Positions 1-8,972 of a stretch of 20,000 nucleotides of DNA are shown piece by piece; the stretch's first letter is position 1, and each line of letters starts with the position of its first letter. The stretch lies in IMG/VR virus record IMGVR_UViG_3300013137_000014, one strand, 5' to 3'. Under the pieces are notes generated by a model. That model was not told the DNA's origin and did no database searches. It was given only the letters and a program-made list of their open reading frames with translations. This DNA is from an uncultured virus (IMG/VR IMGVR_UViG_3300013137_000014) (lineage: Duplodnaviria; Heunggongvirae; Uroviricota; Caudoviricetes). The position numbers and the translations under genes are program-made.

Positions 1-708
1 AACTACTAAAACAGAAAAGAATGATGCATTTTTAAGTATATAATCAGAATATTTACTATTATAAAATTCTACAAAGTGGGTTGTTTTAACAAGGCTAGAT
101 TTTAGATATACCAGTGTAGCTACTCTTCTTGATAAATTATCAATAGTTTTATTTTGTAATCTTCCTAATATATAACCGGCAGCTGAACCGCATTTAGTTG
201 TTCTACTTTTAGTTAGACCTAAATAATTAGGAGTACCAATAAATTCTAATTTATCTGATAAACTTCTTGCTTTACCATCACTTGCGGCCAGTAGTAAAAC
301 TTGAGCATCTTCTCTAGTTTGAACAGTGATTATTCGTATAAATGCTAGTATTGTAACATCTGCATCTGACGCACTTCTTAATGTATGTTGTCCATCAATA
401 AGTTCTGTTTTATTTTCTTTAATAATATGAATAATTGTTATCAATGAAACAGCAGATGAGTAAGTACCATCTTTCATTGATTGTACCATTGCTTTTAAAT
501 GTCTTTTAGATATAGATCTTTGATTGATATTAGTGTTAATCATTCTTAAAAGTTGCAAGGAATCTGTAGGAGTTAAATATACTTTTAATTCCTCTATATT
601 TATGATACCTGGATTAGTTTGAATAATTACATTTAACCAATTATCACATTTTTTATCTTTTAAAAATTTAATTCCAAGTTCATAATTTTTTATTTCTTCT
701 AGTGTCAT
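1..708 (-). CDS. ParB-like/DGQHR-type N-terminal domain protein (partial, runs off the window start)
   Basis: Not in the supplied ORF track; translated by hand. ATG at 708 follows a GAAAGGA RBS and the frame is open to position 1: MTLEEIKNYELG...YLTPTDSLQLLRMINTNINQRSISKRHLKAMVQSMKDGTY...ELIDGQHTLRSA. The TP...N.R...M..G and LIDGQH pattern is typical of phage ParB-like/DGQHR proteins (R is T here). Confidence 0.7.
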   Translation of the reverse strand, partial: MTLEEIKNYELGIKFLKDKKCDNWLNVIIQTNPGIINIEELKVYLTPTDSLQLLRMINTNINQRSISKRHLKAMVQSMKDGTYSSAVSLITIIHIIKENKTELIDGQHTLRSASDADVTILAFIRIITVQTREDAQVLLLAASDGKARSLSDKLEFIGTPNYLGLTKSRTTKCGSAAGYILGRLQNKTIDNLSRRVATLVYLKSSLVKTTHFVEFYNSKYSDYILKNASFFSVLVV

Positions 709-907
709 AATGATCCTTTCGTTTTTAAGTGATTGAGTAATTCACTTTAATTTTAAATATTTATCAATTAGAGTTTCATCCAATATATTAGTATTTAGGT
801 TATTAAGGAATTTAATTTTAGAAGACTCAATACCAAATTTTCTCTGTTAATTTGATATGTTTGAGAACACGTGGGTAATTTAAAATCAACATTACTATAA
901 TATGCAT

Positions 908-1597
908 CTATAAGAGAGACTGAGGGTATGCTTCGTAAAGAGCCGCTTCTTGAAGATTTACTCCTTTAAGATCCGCTTCTCGAAGGTCTGCTTTCTCAAG
1001 ACGTGCGTCTCGAAGTTTTGCTCCTTAAAGATTTGCTCCTTGGAAGTTTGCTCCCCGGAGGTTTGCTTCTAGGAGGTTTGCTTCTAGGAGATCTGTTCCT
1101 CGAAGAAATGCTTCTTGAAGGTTTGCTCCATAAAGATTCGCTCCTCGAAGATATGCTTCTTGAAGGTTTGCTCCTTGAAGGTTTGCTCCATAAAGATTCG
1201 CTCCTTGAAGATATGCTACATAAAGGTTTGCGTCTTGAAGATTTGCGTCTTGAAGATTTGCTTCTTGGAGACCTGCTCTCTCAAGATTTGCTCCTTGAAG
1301 ACTTGCTTCTTGGAGATATGCTTCTCTAAGATTTGCTCTATAGAGGTTTGCTCTATAAAGGTCTGCTCCTCTAAGATTTGCTCTATAGAGGTTTGCTCCT
1401 CTAAGATCTGCTTTCTCAAGATTTGCTCCTCGAAGGTTTACTTCTTGGAGATCTGCTCCTTGGAGATTTACTTCTTGAAGATCTTCTCCTTGAAAATACG
1501 CTTCTAATAAATCTGGAGTAATTTCCGAGTTTTCTTTTCTCCACTTATTCCATTTTTCAACCCCTGATTTGAGTATTGCAAAATGTTTCTTGTTCAT
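908..1597 (-). pseudogene. Pentapeptide-repeat protein interrupted by an in-frame TAA at 1025-1027
   Basis: N-terminus HFAILKSGVEKWNKWRKENSEITPDL followed by A(N/D)LxG repeats. After the TAA the same frame continues GAKLRDARLEKADLREADLKGVNLQEAALYEAYPQSLL to a TAG at 908-910. The TAA sits where neighbouring repeats usually have CAA (Gln). Confidence 0.75.
926..1500. repeat. Degenerate 15-bp tandem repeat array (pentapeptide coding)
   Basis: Coding-strand consensus about GCA AAT CTT CAA GGA, with Leu almost always CTT. Exact higher-order copies occur, e.g. cttgaaggtttgctccataaagattcgctcc at ~1114 and ~1174. Confidence 0.9.
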
Positions 1598-1649
1598 TGT
1601 CAAATTTCCTTCTTTAGATAATTTTATATTTTTTAGATAGAAATTAATA

Positions 1650-1841
1650 TTAATCTATTTCTTCGTATATTTCATCTAACGCATCTGCTCCAAATCTTTT
1701 AAATTGCTGATTTACATTTGTTCTTTTATAACCTTTATCCCCCTTTTTAGTAGAATGTACATCCTCAACTGGATTACGAGACCAATTAAATCTTACCTTT
1801 TTTAACGGATTGTGTTTATTATCTTTGTTTGTTTTACTCAT
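1650..1841 (-). CDS. Small basic protein, candidate ArfA-like ribosome-rescue factor
   Basis: 63 aa with KKVRFNWSRNPVEDVHSTKKGDKGYKR, resembling the ArfA core RVEKNKKGKGSYMRK. Similarity judged by eye. Confidence 0.45.
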   Translation of the reverse strand: MSKTNKDNKHNPLKKVRFNWSRNPVEDVHSTKKGDKGYKRTNVNQQFKRFGADALDEIYEEID

Positions 1842-1855
1842 CTTCTTAAAATTTT

Positions 1856-3121
1856 TTAATCTCCTGTAATATAATAACCTCTAATGCAGTTCAATTGACA
1901 ATTGCATTGAAAATAAGGTTGTTTTTCCCTTTCCCAAATTAGAAAAGAGTTTTTTACTATATATTTTCCCACATACTCCGCATATACATTCTTAATACAA
2001 TCTAAAGTGATTGAGACTCCCACTTTGCTTAAATTTAAAAATGGTAAATCTCCTGCATTAATATTAAATGTTATATCTGAAAAATCATTAATTTTATTTG
2101 TAAGGTTTTTCCGAACTAATGCATCATTATAATCTACAGCTGAAATATTGTTAAAAAATGCTCGCAAATTTTGTAATTCCTTATTATATTGTAAAGAACT
2201 ATCTCTATCTGTTAAACTGTTATCTTGAAATGTTTGAGATACATCTATATCAAATTTACTGAATAATTTATCGATAGGTTTTCCGGTACAGGTTGTTTTA
2301 TAGGAGTTTAGAATTATTTTTTCATTTGATTTATATTTTGTTTTTATTTCAGAATATGTAAAATATGTTTTTCCATTATTCGGTGTTTTCCATATTTCAT
2401 TTTGATCTTTTATTCCAGGACTAAGAAATATAATTTTATATTCTTCCTCTTTCAATTTCTTTTTTAGGTCCCAAATACATAATGTGTTGTCAGAGAAACG
2501 GCAATATATAAATGGTGTTCTGCCATTATATAGAGGATATCGTCCATCTATATATCTTATGGCATTTATATAATTTGTAGGAGGAATCATTAGTTGAAAT
2601 ATTTTATTATCATTTATATTTGTCTTATCAATATTTTTATTTAATTTTCCAATATCTTTTAAAAAAGTATCTGTTATTTTTTGGCAAATTTCAATGGGGA
2701 CTAAACCTTTGTCATCCTGTATAAGAGTATTTACAGGAGTATACATAACTTTAAAAGGAATTAAAGGAACACATACTAAAGTAACAAATCTTGGTTGATA
2801 AGTGGAATCCTGATTTAAACTACCTACCTTTTCTGATTCTTTATGAATTACAGGAAAGTTTGATTTGACTATTATTAAATCTAAATTTATATTTTCCCTA
2901 ATATCTACAGATTCTGTTGTTAATGTTATATTTAGATTCGCAGTAGTCTGTCCCAGAAGTTGTTCATCTAAAATGGTGTCTGAATCTATTAATAATTTAA
3001 TTAAGAAAATATCGAAAATAAAATTCAAACTAGAGGCGATTTCAACCCTTTTTATAGATCTGGAAAGCACAGTATTTCCAATGGAAAAAGAAATATCATA
3101 AATTCTATTTAATTCTGCCAT
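1856..3121 (-). CDS. Hypothetical protein, possibly baseplate hub/tail structural protein
   Basis: 421-aa ORF with an AAGAGG RBS. The beta-rich N-terminus and C-terminal VGxxIxL...YVGKYIV...xCxLxCxR pattern recall gp27-like hub proteins. The gene is well supported; the product is weak. Confidence 0.35.
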   Translation of the reverse strand: MAELNRIYDISFSIGNTVLSRSIKRVEIASSLNFIFDIFLIKLLIDSDTILDEQLLGQTTANLNITLTTESVDIRENINLDLIIVKSNFPVIHKESEKVGSLNQDSTYQPRFVTLVCVPLIPFKVMYTPVNTLIQDDKGLVPIEICQKITDTFLKDIGKLNKNIDKTNINDNKIFQLMIPPTNYINAIRYIDGRYPLYNGRTPFIYCRFSDNTLCIWDLKKKLKEEEYKIIFLSPGIKDQNEIWKTPNNGKTYFTYSEIKTKYKSNEKIILNSYKTTCTGKPIDKLFSKFDIDVSQTFQDNSLTDRDSSLQYNKELQNLRAFFNNISAVDYNDALVRKNLTNKINDFSDITFNINAGDLPFLNLSKVGVSITLDCIKNVYAEYVGKYIVKNSFLIWEREKQPYFQCNCQLNCIRGYYITGD

Positions 3122-3149
3122 TAATGCCTCTTTTAAATTTTTCCAAATG

Positions 3150-3190
3150 AAAATAAAGGGGATTGATCTATTTCAACCAACCCCCTTTTT
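3150..3190 (-). terminator. Intrinsic terminator-like hairpin
   Basis: Minus-strand RNA AAAGGGGGUUG-loop-CAAUCCCCUUUAUUUU. One position is a G.U pair on the minus strand but an A.C mismatch on the plus strand, supporting minus orientation. Confidence 0.65.
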
Positions 3191-3191
3191 T

Positions 3192-3467
3192 TTATAACCA
3201 TTTTAGCACGCAATATATAGCATATATTGCCAATATTACGTGCGTTTTTTCAAGAAGTATATTGTATATATTTGATATATGCTTCTTGAATGAAATTGCG
3301 TTCAATTCTTCGTTCCAGTTCCCTATTCCCAAACAGGAAAAACTGGTTTTCTTGTTTATAGGTATACTATATTTCATAAAATATAATATACCTCGCATTA
3401 ATCCTAGGAGAGAAGATATGGTATAACCTTTTTCCTTTTTTCTTCTCTCCTCTAATTTGACTCTCAT
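3192..3467 (-). CDS. Hypothetical protein
   Basis: 91-aa ORF filling the gap on the dominant strand and ending at the hairpin. Hydrophobic C-terminus; no recognisable motif. Confidence 0.35.
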   Translation of the reverse strand: MRVKLEERRKKEKGYTISSLLGLMRGILYFMKYSIPINKKTSFSCLGIGNWNEELNAISFKKHISNIYNILLEKTHVILAIYAIYCVLKWL

Positions 3468-3532
3468 TTCCTCATACGTAAGTTTTTCCTCCTTTTCTTA
3501 AAATTATCCCTATCATATTTTAATATATATAA

Positions 3533-3904
3533 TTACATCTTTAAAGATTTATATATATCTGATATTGGTACAGAATTTAAAATCTTTTCAATTTCATCTT
3601 TGTTTTGATAATCTATATCAGATGTACAAGATATTAAGTTATTATTATTTATTCGGCAACTCATACCTAGAGATAATAATATTTCAGATAAAGAAGTCAA
3701 ACAACTAGAATTATTATTTTCTTCACTTGGCATGTCAATATCTAAATGATTTAAACTTTCTTCCATCATTGCTGTATTTATAAATTTTTTTTCCAATTTA
3801 TGGAAGTCTTTTACTTTTATATAATTCTGATTAAATGTAATAATGATTAAATAAACAAAATTTTTTATATCATTAGATATTAAAGAATTTTGTACTGCAA
3901 CCAT
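3533..3904 (-). CDS. Hypothetical protein (true start probably downstream, e.g. MMEESL)
   Basis: ORF on the dominant strand; the C-terminal ~80 aa look protein-like. Start uncertain. Confidence 0.45.
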   Translation of the reverse strand: MVAVQNSLISNDIKNFVYLIIITFNQNYIKVKDFHKLEKKFINTAMMEESLNHLDIDMPSEENNNSSCLTSLSEILLSLGMSCRINNNNLISCTSDIDYQNKDEIEKILNSVPISDIYKSLKM

Positions 3905-5324
3905 TTAGAATGTTATCTCCTTTTAATTTTTCATTTCCTGTAATTAACCAAATAGTTTCAAAATTTTTAAGAAAATTATATCCCTTATAAATATTTTGTA
4001 TATCTGAATAAAAATCTGTTAGAAATAAAATACTACTAACTTTTTCATATTGTGTTAATAATTCTATTTTGTCAAAAACCTCTTTATGAGATGTTCCCCC
4101 TCTTCCCTTGATTCCTTTTTTACGAAAGGCACTCATAATTTGTTCTTCAGAAAATAAAGAATTTATTATAATTGTATCATGAATAATAGTATCATGTATA
4201 TATACATACAATGATTTATAGTACATAAAACTATCACTTAATATACCTATAAATTTTCTTAATTCTTCCTCGTTTATTGAAGCTGAGGAATCTAATCCTG
4301 CAACTAATATAAAAGGAGTTTTATTGTATGATTTTCCTTTTAACCTGGGATACTTTTTTATACCCCTTGTTTTTTTGTATAGGGGTGTGGGAGGAATAGT
4401 TAAATTAGGAAATAACCATGTTTTTTTAGTTTGATTTTGTAAGGGGTATAATAACGTGTTCAAAAGTATTTCATTCCATGGAACCTCAATCTTAAATATT
4501 TCATTAAATATTTTAGTTAAAAATCCAGGAGTTTCTCCTTTGAGTCTGGCCCAAATTGATTGAATGTTTTCCTGCTTTTCTTTTATATTATTTGAAATGG
4601 ATTCTTTTGTTTCACCTTCTTGTATAGGTGGATTATTATCATTTGAAATAATATAACTTTTACCTGTTTCTTTATCTCTAATTATATGAATCTTGGTTCC
4701 TTCAATATTTTCACTGTTCTCAAATTTCAAATTGTGGTTATTGAAATTATTGTCAGATTCATCTACACTATCTAAAGAAGAATTGTCAGATTTTTCTTTT
4801 TGTAATTTATTATCTTTAATACAAAAAGTATTACTAATAAATCTATTTTTTTGGTTTATCAATATATTATAAACATCTTCTGCACTGCAATTTGGATGTT
4901 TAGAATGTATTTCAGGAAAGAATATACATCCTTCAGGAACCTTAATTATTCCCATATTTTCTGCAATTTCTTTACATAATCTGTTAACTACATGATCTGT
5001 AGCCATTTGCCAGATTTCTAGATCTTTGTTTATTGCTCTAAAAATATGGTTATAAAATATATGTAAAATTTCATGGATTGCAACAAATAGGAATTCTTGT
5101 AAGGTAATGTTATTATGTATCAAAAAGACAATTTTTTTTCCATTAGTGAATCCTAAACTAGAGGTGGGAACACCTAATTTTTTACAAACTTTCGTATATT
5201 CTGAAGAAGAACAATAAATACGTTCTGCTGAATAATAAAAGGACGATAATATGGTTAAATCTGGTCTTCCTACAAAAATAATGGTGGCATCAGAAATTAT
5301 CTTATTAATTTTTTCGATACTCAT
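3873..5324 (-). CDS. Putative metallopeptidase + VWA-like domain protein (DUF2201 type)
   Basis: HEILH zincin motif followed by WQMATDHVVN. C-terminal MIDAS LDSSAS, GRGGTS and FLTD. Directly downstream of a MoxR ATPase. Confidence 0.85.
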   Translation of the reverse strand: MSIEKINKIISDATIIFVGRPDLTILSSFYYSAERIYCSSSEYTKVCKKLGVPTSSLGFTNGKKIVFLIHNNITLQEFLFVAIHEILHIFYNHIFRAINKDLEIWQMATDHVVNRLCKEIAENMGIIKVPEGCIFFPEIHSKHPNCSAEDVYNILINQKNRFISNTFCIKDNKLQKEKSDNSSLDSVDESDNNFNNHNLKFENSENIEGTKIHIIRDKETGKSYIISNDNNPPIQEGETKESISNNIKEKQENIQSIWARLKGETPGFLTKIFNEIFKIEVPWNEILLNTLLYPLQNQTKKTWLFPNLTIPPTPLYKKTRGIKKYPRLKGKSYNKTPFILVAGLDSSASINEEELRKFIGILSDSFMYYKSLYVYIHDTIIHDTIIINSLFSEEQIMSAFRKKGIKGRGGTSHKEVFDKIELLTQYEKVSSILFLTDFYSDIQNIYKGYNFLKNFETIWLITGNEKLKGDNILNGCSTKFFNI

Positions 5325-5337
5325 ATTTAGGTACCTT

Positions 5338-6558
5338 TCAGTATTGTTTAATAATACTAAAATCCACCTGCATATTTTTTATAACGCTGGAATCTATTTC
5401 ATGGTTATTTATCATACTTTTTATAATATCTAGTCCTGAAATCAAATTTAATTTTTCGTTAGTAGTTTTTCCACACAAATGATACATCATTTTTATTGAC
5501 AACTCTTTATTATTATTCATAAAATAGTTTAGTACTTTAATAAAACTATTGGATGCATTTTTATCATTTAAATCAAGTGATTTTCTTTGGTAAAACTCAC
5601 TAACTACAATTGTACTATATGCCATTTTTCTAATCGGATCTTCTGGAACATTTAATATTCCTTTATCAAATAAAGGAGATACATCAATATCTTTATAAAT
5701 TAGTAAATATTCAATAAATTTATTTGCAGGACCCGATCCAACACAACCTTCAAGTGCACATCTCATTATATTTTGAAGTTTTGGATCGGTTTTAATCTCA
5801 TCCATTTTATTTGTTTTTTCAAGATTCCATAAAAATTCTGACACTCCTTGATCCCATGATCTTGGACTAGCAAATTGTTCAAAATTAGATTCCTCTGTGC
5901 AAAAATAGGATTCATGGTCAATTATGCTGAAAAAACTACATATAGTATCATGTACTCCATTTGGTACGGCATAATTTTGTAACCAAAATTTAACATCTGG
6001 CTCTGCATATAAGGCCATACATCTATTTCTTATGGCTGTAAATGTAATTCTAGCTCCGGCCATAGGTGTTTCATTTCCAGCTAAAATTATTGCCACATTG
6101 TTTGGTATTTTGTGTCCGCTTATACTATTATGTGTAAATAATTCAAATTGTATGTTTTGCACAGCCTCCGAACATGTATGAATATCATCCATAAAACAAA
6201 TTACCCCGTTCGGATTTTGCTCGGACATTTCCCAAAGTTTACAAACTAATTCTGGCATTGACCATTCAGTAGTAAGAGTTTCTTTTTGAGAAATTATTTT
6301 AATATTACTATCGGGTAAGCCTCCAAATTTTTCTTCTCTTTCTAAACCAGGTTCGCATGGTAAAACTGCAAAACCTTTTTTGGACGCATAATATATAATC
6401 ATTTCTGTTTTTCCAATTCCCGGAGAAGATATAATCCAAGGAATTAAAAATTTTTTGGTAGGATTTTCAATCTTTCTTTTAGCCATTTGTAACGCCAAGA
6501 AAACAGCATTTTGTATAGAGGTTGAAGAATGTTTTATAGTTTTCATTCCGCCATTCAT
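5338..6558 (-). CDS. MoxR-like AAA+ ATPase
   Basis: Walker A SSPGIGKT, Walker B ICFMDD, GHKIPNNVAIILAGN (sensor 1), AIRNR (arginine finger) and ASPRSW. Confidence 0.88.
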   Translation of the reverse strand: MNGGMKTIKHSSTSIQNAVFLALQMAKRKIENPTKKFLIPWIISSPGIGKTEMIIYYASKKGFAVLPCEPGLEREEKFGGLPDSNIKIISQKETLTTEWSMPELVCKLWEMSEQNPNGVICFMDDIHTCSEAVQNIQFELFTHNSISGHKIPNNVAIILAGNETPMAGARITFTAIRNRCMALYAEPDVKFWLQNYAVPNGVHDTICSFFSIIDHESYFCTEESNFEQFASPRSWDQGVSEFLWNLEKTNKMDEIKTDPKLQNIMRCALEGCVGSGPANKFIEYLLIYKDIDVSPLFDKGILNVPEDPIRKMAYSTIVVSEFYQRKSLDLNDKNASNSFIKVLNYFMNNNKELSIKMMYHLCGKTTNEKLNLISGLDIIKSMINNHEIDSSVIKNMQVDFSIIKQY

Positions 6559-6563
6559 TTCGT

Positions 6564-7526
6564 TTAAACCTTTCCTTCCTTACAGATATTCAACAAGTGT
6601 TTTTTATTCTTATTCCAAAATTCCAATGCTCCTTCATTCATCTTATCAATTTCTTCATCCGTGAAATTTTCCCATTCTTCAAATGAATGGAGTTCACATC
6701 CAATTTTCATATGTTCGTCAAGTATCAACACAAACCATCTAAGTCGTCCAGTAACCTGAATGGGTTCCTTCGAGATAGGAACTCCTTTACCATAGGTGGT
6801 ATTCTCGAATTTGGCTTCTCGAAGATCTGTTCCTCGAAGAAATGCTTCTTGAAGGTCTGCTCCTTGAAAATCTACTTCTTGAAGATTTGCTTCTCTAAGA
6901 TTTGCTTCTAGAAGTTTTGCTTTTCGAAGACTTGCTCCTCTAAGATTTGCTCTCCAAAGATCTGCTTTCTCAAGATATGCTTCTCTAAGATATGCTCCTT
7001 GAAGGTTTGCGTATTGAAGATTTGCTTTATAAAGGTTTGCGTATCGAAGGTCTACTACTGGAAGTTTTGCTCCTTGAAGGTTTGCTTTTTGGAGGTCTAC
7101 TCCCCAAAGATCTGCTCCTTGAAGATTCGCTCTCCAAAGACTTGCTCCTCTAAGATTTGCTCTCCAAAGATCTGCTTTCTGAAGATTTGCTCCTTGAAGA
7201 TTTACTCCTTGAAGATTTACTCCTTGAAGATTTGCTTCTCGAAGACTTGCTTCTTGAAGATTTGCTTCTTGAAAATTTACTCCTTGGAAGTTTGCTCCTT
7301 GGAGGTTTGCTCCTTGCAGATCTGCGTCTTGAAGATTTGCTCCTCTAAGATCTGCTTTCTCAAGATCTGCTTTCTCAAGATTTACTCCTTGAAGATTTAC
7401 TTTTTGAAAATGTTCTCCTTGAAGATACGCTTCTGATAAATCTGGAGTAATTCCAGGATTTTCTTTCCTCCATTGATTCCAATTTTCAACCCCTGATTTA
7501 AGAATTGCGAGATGCTCTGAATTCAT
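6564..7526 (-). CDS. Pentapeptide-repeat protein with C-terminal DUF5758-like domain
   Basis: About 40 A(N/D)LxG repeats, then PIQVTG...HMKIGCELHSFEEW...ALEFW, a tail typical of phage pentapeptide proteins. Start is either MNSEHL at 7526 (after AAGGAAG) or 7547. Confidence 0.9.
   Translation of the reverse strand: MNSEHLAILKSGVENWNQWRKENPGITPDLSEAYLQGEHFQKVNLQGVNLEKADLEKADLRGANLQDADLQGANLQGANFQGVNFQEANLQEASLREANLQGVNLQGVNLQGANLQKADLWRANLRGASLWRANLQGADLWGVDLQKANLQGAKLPVVDLRYANLYKANLQYANLQGAYLREAYLEKADLWRANLRGASLRKAKLLEANLREANLQEVDFQGADLQEAFLRGTDLREAKFENTTYGKGVPISKEPIQVTGRLRWFVLILDEHMKIGCELHSFEEWENFTDEEIDKMNEGALEFWNKNKKHLLNICKEGKV
6810..7432. repeat. Degenerate 15-bp tandem repeat array (pentapeptide coding), paralogous to 926-1500
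   Basis: Same 15-nt periodicity. A 34-bp segment at 6823-6856 is identical to 1089-1122. Confidence 0.9.
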
Positions 7527-7580
7527 TTTCTTTTTCTTCCTTTTCATCTATTTTTGCACATCACCAATAATTTCTTTTTT

Positions 7581-8309
7581 TTAAGCTTTCCTAGGAATAT
7601 AATAATTCATAATTGATTGACAAAAAGGCCACATATATATTTTCCAGTATTTTAATTTGTCAATTTCGCTATTATCGATTAAATTAGTTGATTTTCTTTC
7701 AATAATAATATCATATCCTTTTAAATAAACAAGAAAATCACTATTTTTATGAGGTATCAAAAAATATTCTATATTATGTGATTTAAAATAAGCTTGTCTT
7801 ATTTTCTCAATACTTTGACAAATATTTTTTGGACTACTATAATTAATGTGATTGAAAAAATTATAGAAGGAAAGGTTATATGGTTTATTTAATATTCCTT
7901 TTACATACATTTTAGCATCAATATTATAAAGAAAAGATTTTCGATTTGGAGATATGATTAATTTATTTATTTTACCTTCATATCTTATGGGGAGGGATAA
8001 TAACTTAGTATTTAAAATTTTAGAACAAATAAAACCGTCTCTTTGTATAACGGCTATTTGATCCATATTAATATTATTTCTTTGCAAAAAACTCTCAATA
8101 GATAAATCTACCATGGAAATAAAATAGGAAGATAAAGTTGGATTCTTTTTTTGAATTAACCCTATCTTCCTATTTCTTAATTCTTTATCGTCTCTAAAAG
8201 ATTTTGGTAACTCCTCCAATCCCAAAGAATTCATTAAATTAAAATAACAAGATGATATATCATATTGAAATAGATTTTCTTTTATTATTTCTTTACATAG
8301 TATTTTCAT
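7581..8309 (-). CDS. Small family-B DNA polymerase-like palm-domain protein
   Basis: 242 aa with motif-A-like QYDISSCYFNLM, motif-C-like VIQRDGFI and a downstream YVKGI. No exonuclease domain. Confidence 0.5.
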   Translation of the reverse strand: MKILCKEIIKENLFQYDISSCYFNLMNSLGLEELPKSFRDDKELRNRKIGLIQKKNPTLSSYFISMVDLSIESFLQRNNINMDQIAVIQRDGFICSKILNTKLLSLPIRYEGKINKLIISPNRKSFLYNIDAKMYVKGILNKPYNLSFYNFFNHINYSSPKNICQSIEKIRQAYFKSHNIEYFLIPHKNSDFLVYLKGYDIIIERKSTNLIDNSEIDKLKYWKIYMWPFCQSIMNYYIPRKA

Positions 8310-8955
8310 TACATATCGTTTTTAGCAATAATAGTTCTTGTATTTGAATTATCTTAATCATGTAGTATGGATCAACTGTTTCGAAAAATAGTTTATCTAA
8401 CTTTATATGTATATCTTTTAAGGTTTGGCATTCTTCTAAAAGTTTGCCAAATTTCTTGGAAACACTTACTAAAATTACTTTTTCCCTATCAGTTAACCTA
8501 GAATCTGGATTTTTATAATCTGTTAGTTGTCTAAGATTAAAATTTTCTTCCATTACAGTGGAAGGTTTACTAGAAGTTTGTATAAATATAGGATAATGAA
8601 TACCTTCTACATTTTGTGTTATATAAATAATTTTCTTATGATCGTTAAATGTAATATAACAAATATATCTATAGTTATTTTCTTCTTGAAAAATCATAAT
8701 ACCATTATTATAAGATTTATTACAAGTATTATTAATTCGTATATTGGGTTTAACGGATGTACTGGTATTCATTAATGGTATTGAATGTTCTTTAGTACTA
8801 ATTTTTATATCAGTATATTCAGGATATTTTATAGATAAAACAATTGAATTATTATTAAAATTTTCAATACTATCAAATAAGGAATTTATTATTTTAATAT
8901 CATTAGTATAATTACATAAATCATTCCAATTAAAATTTTTTATGGATAGCATCAT
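8293..8955 (-). CDS. Hypothetical protein
   Basis: 220-aa ORF with a GAAGGA RBS; overlaps the next gene; no recognised motif. Confidence 0.7.
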   Translation of the reverse strand: MMLSIKNFNWNDLCNYTNDIKIINSLFDSIENFNNNSIVLSIKYPEYTDIKISTKEHSIPLMNTSTSVKPNIRINNTCNKSYNNGIMIFQEENNYRYICYITFNDHKKIIYITQNVEGIHYPIFIQTSSKPSTVMEENFNLRQLTDYKNPDSRLTDREKVILVSVSKKFGKLLEECQTLKDIHIKLDKLFFETVDPYYMIKIIQIQELLLLKTICNENTM

Positions 8956-8972
8956 ATTTTGTTTCCTTCATT

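Noticed and set aside
742..846. Open minus-strand stretch QRKFGIESSKIKFLNN...KYLKLK*
   Set aside because: About 35 codons preceded by TAA with no start codon. It may be a gene remnant but cannot be supported.
1025..1027. Stop-codon reassignment (TAA read as Gln)
   Set aside because: TAA ends many clear genes here (e.g. 1650, 8973, 12741, 14768), and the long conserved genes are uninterrupted in the standard code. A single nonsense change or sequencing error is simpler.
1003..1507. Plus-strand Leu-rich and Cys/Lys/Ile-rich ORFs (1003-1329, 1115-1507) and minus-strand 1216-1419
   Set aside because: Shadow frames produced by the 15-bp pentapeptide repeat; the same artefact occurs at 6687-7436.
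908..7432. Diversity-generating retroelement (TR/VR pair) or CRISPR array explaining the repeats
   Set aside because: No reverse transcriptase or cas gene in the window. The repeats are in-frame coding units without unique spacers, and the paralogs differ by repeat order and non-adenine changes.
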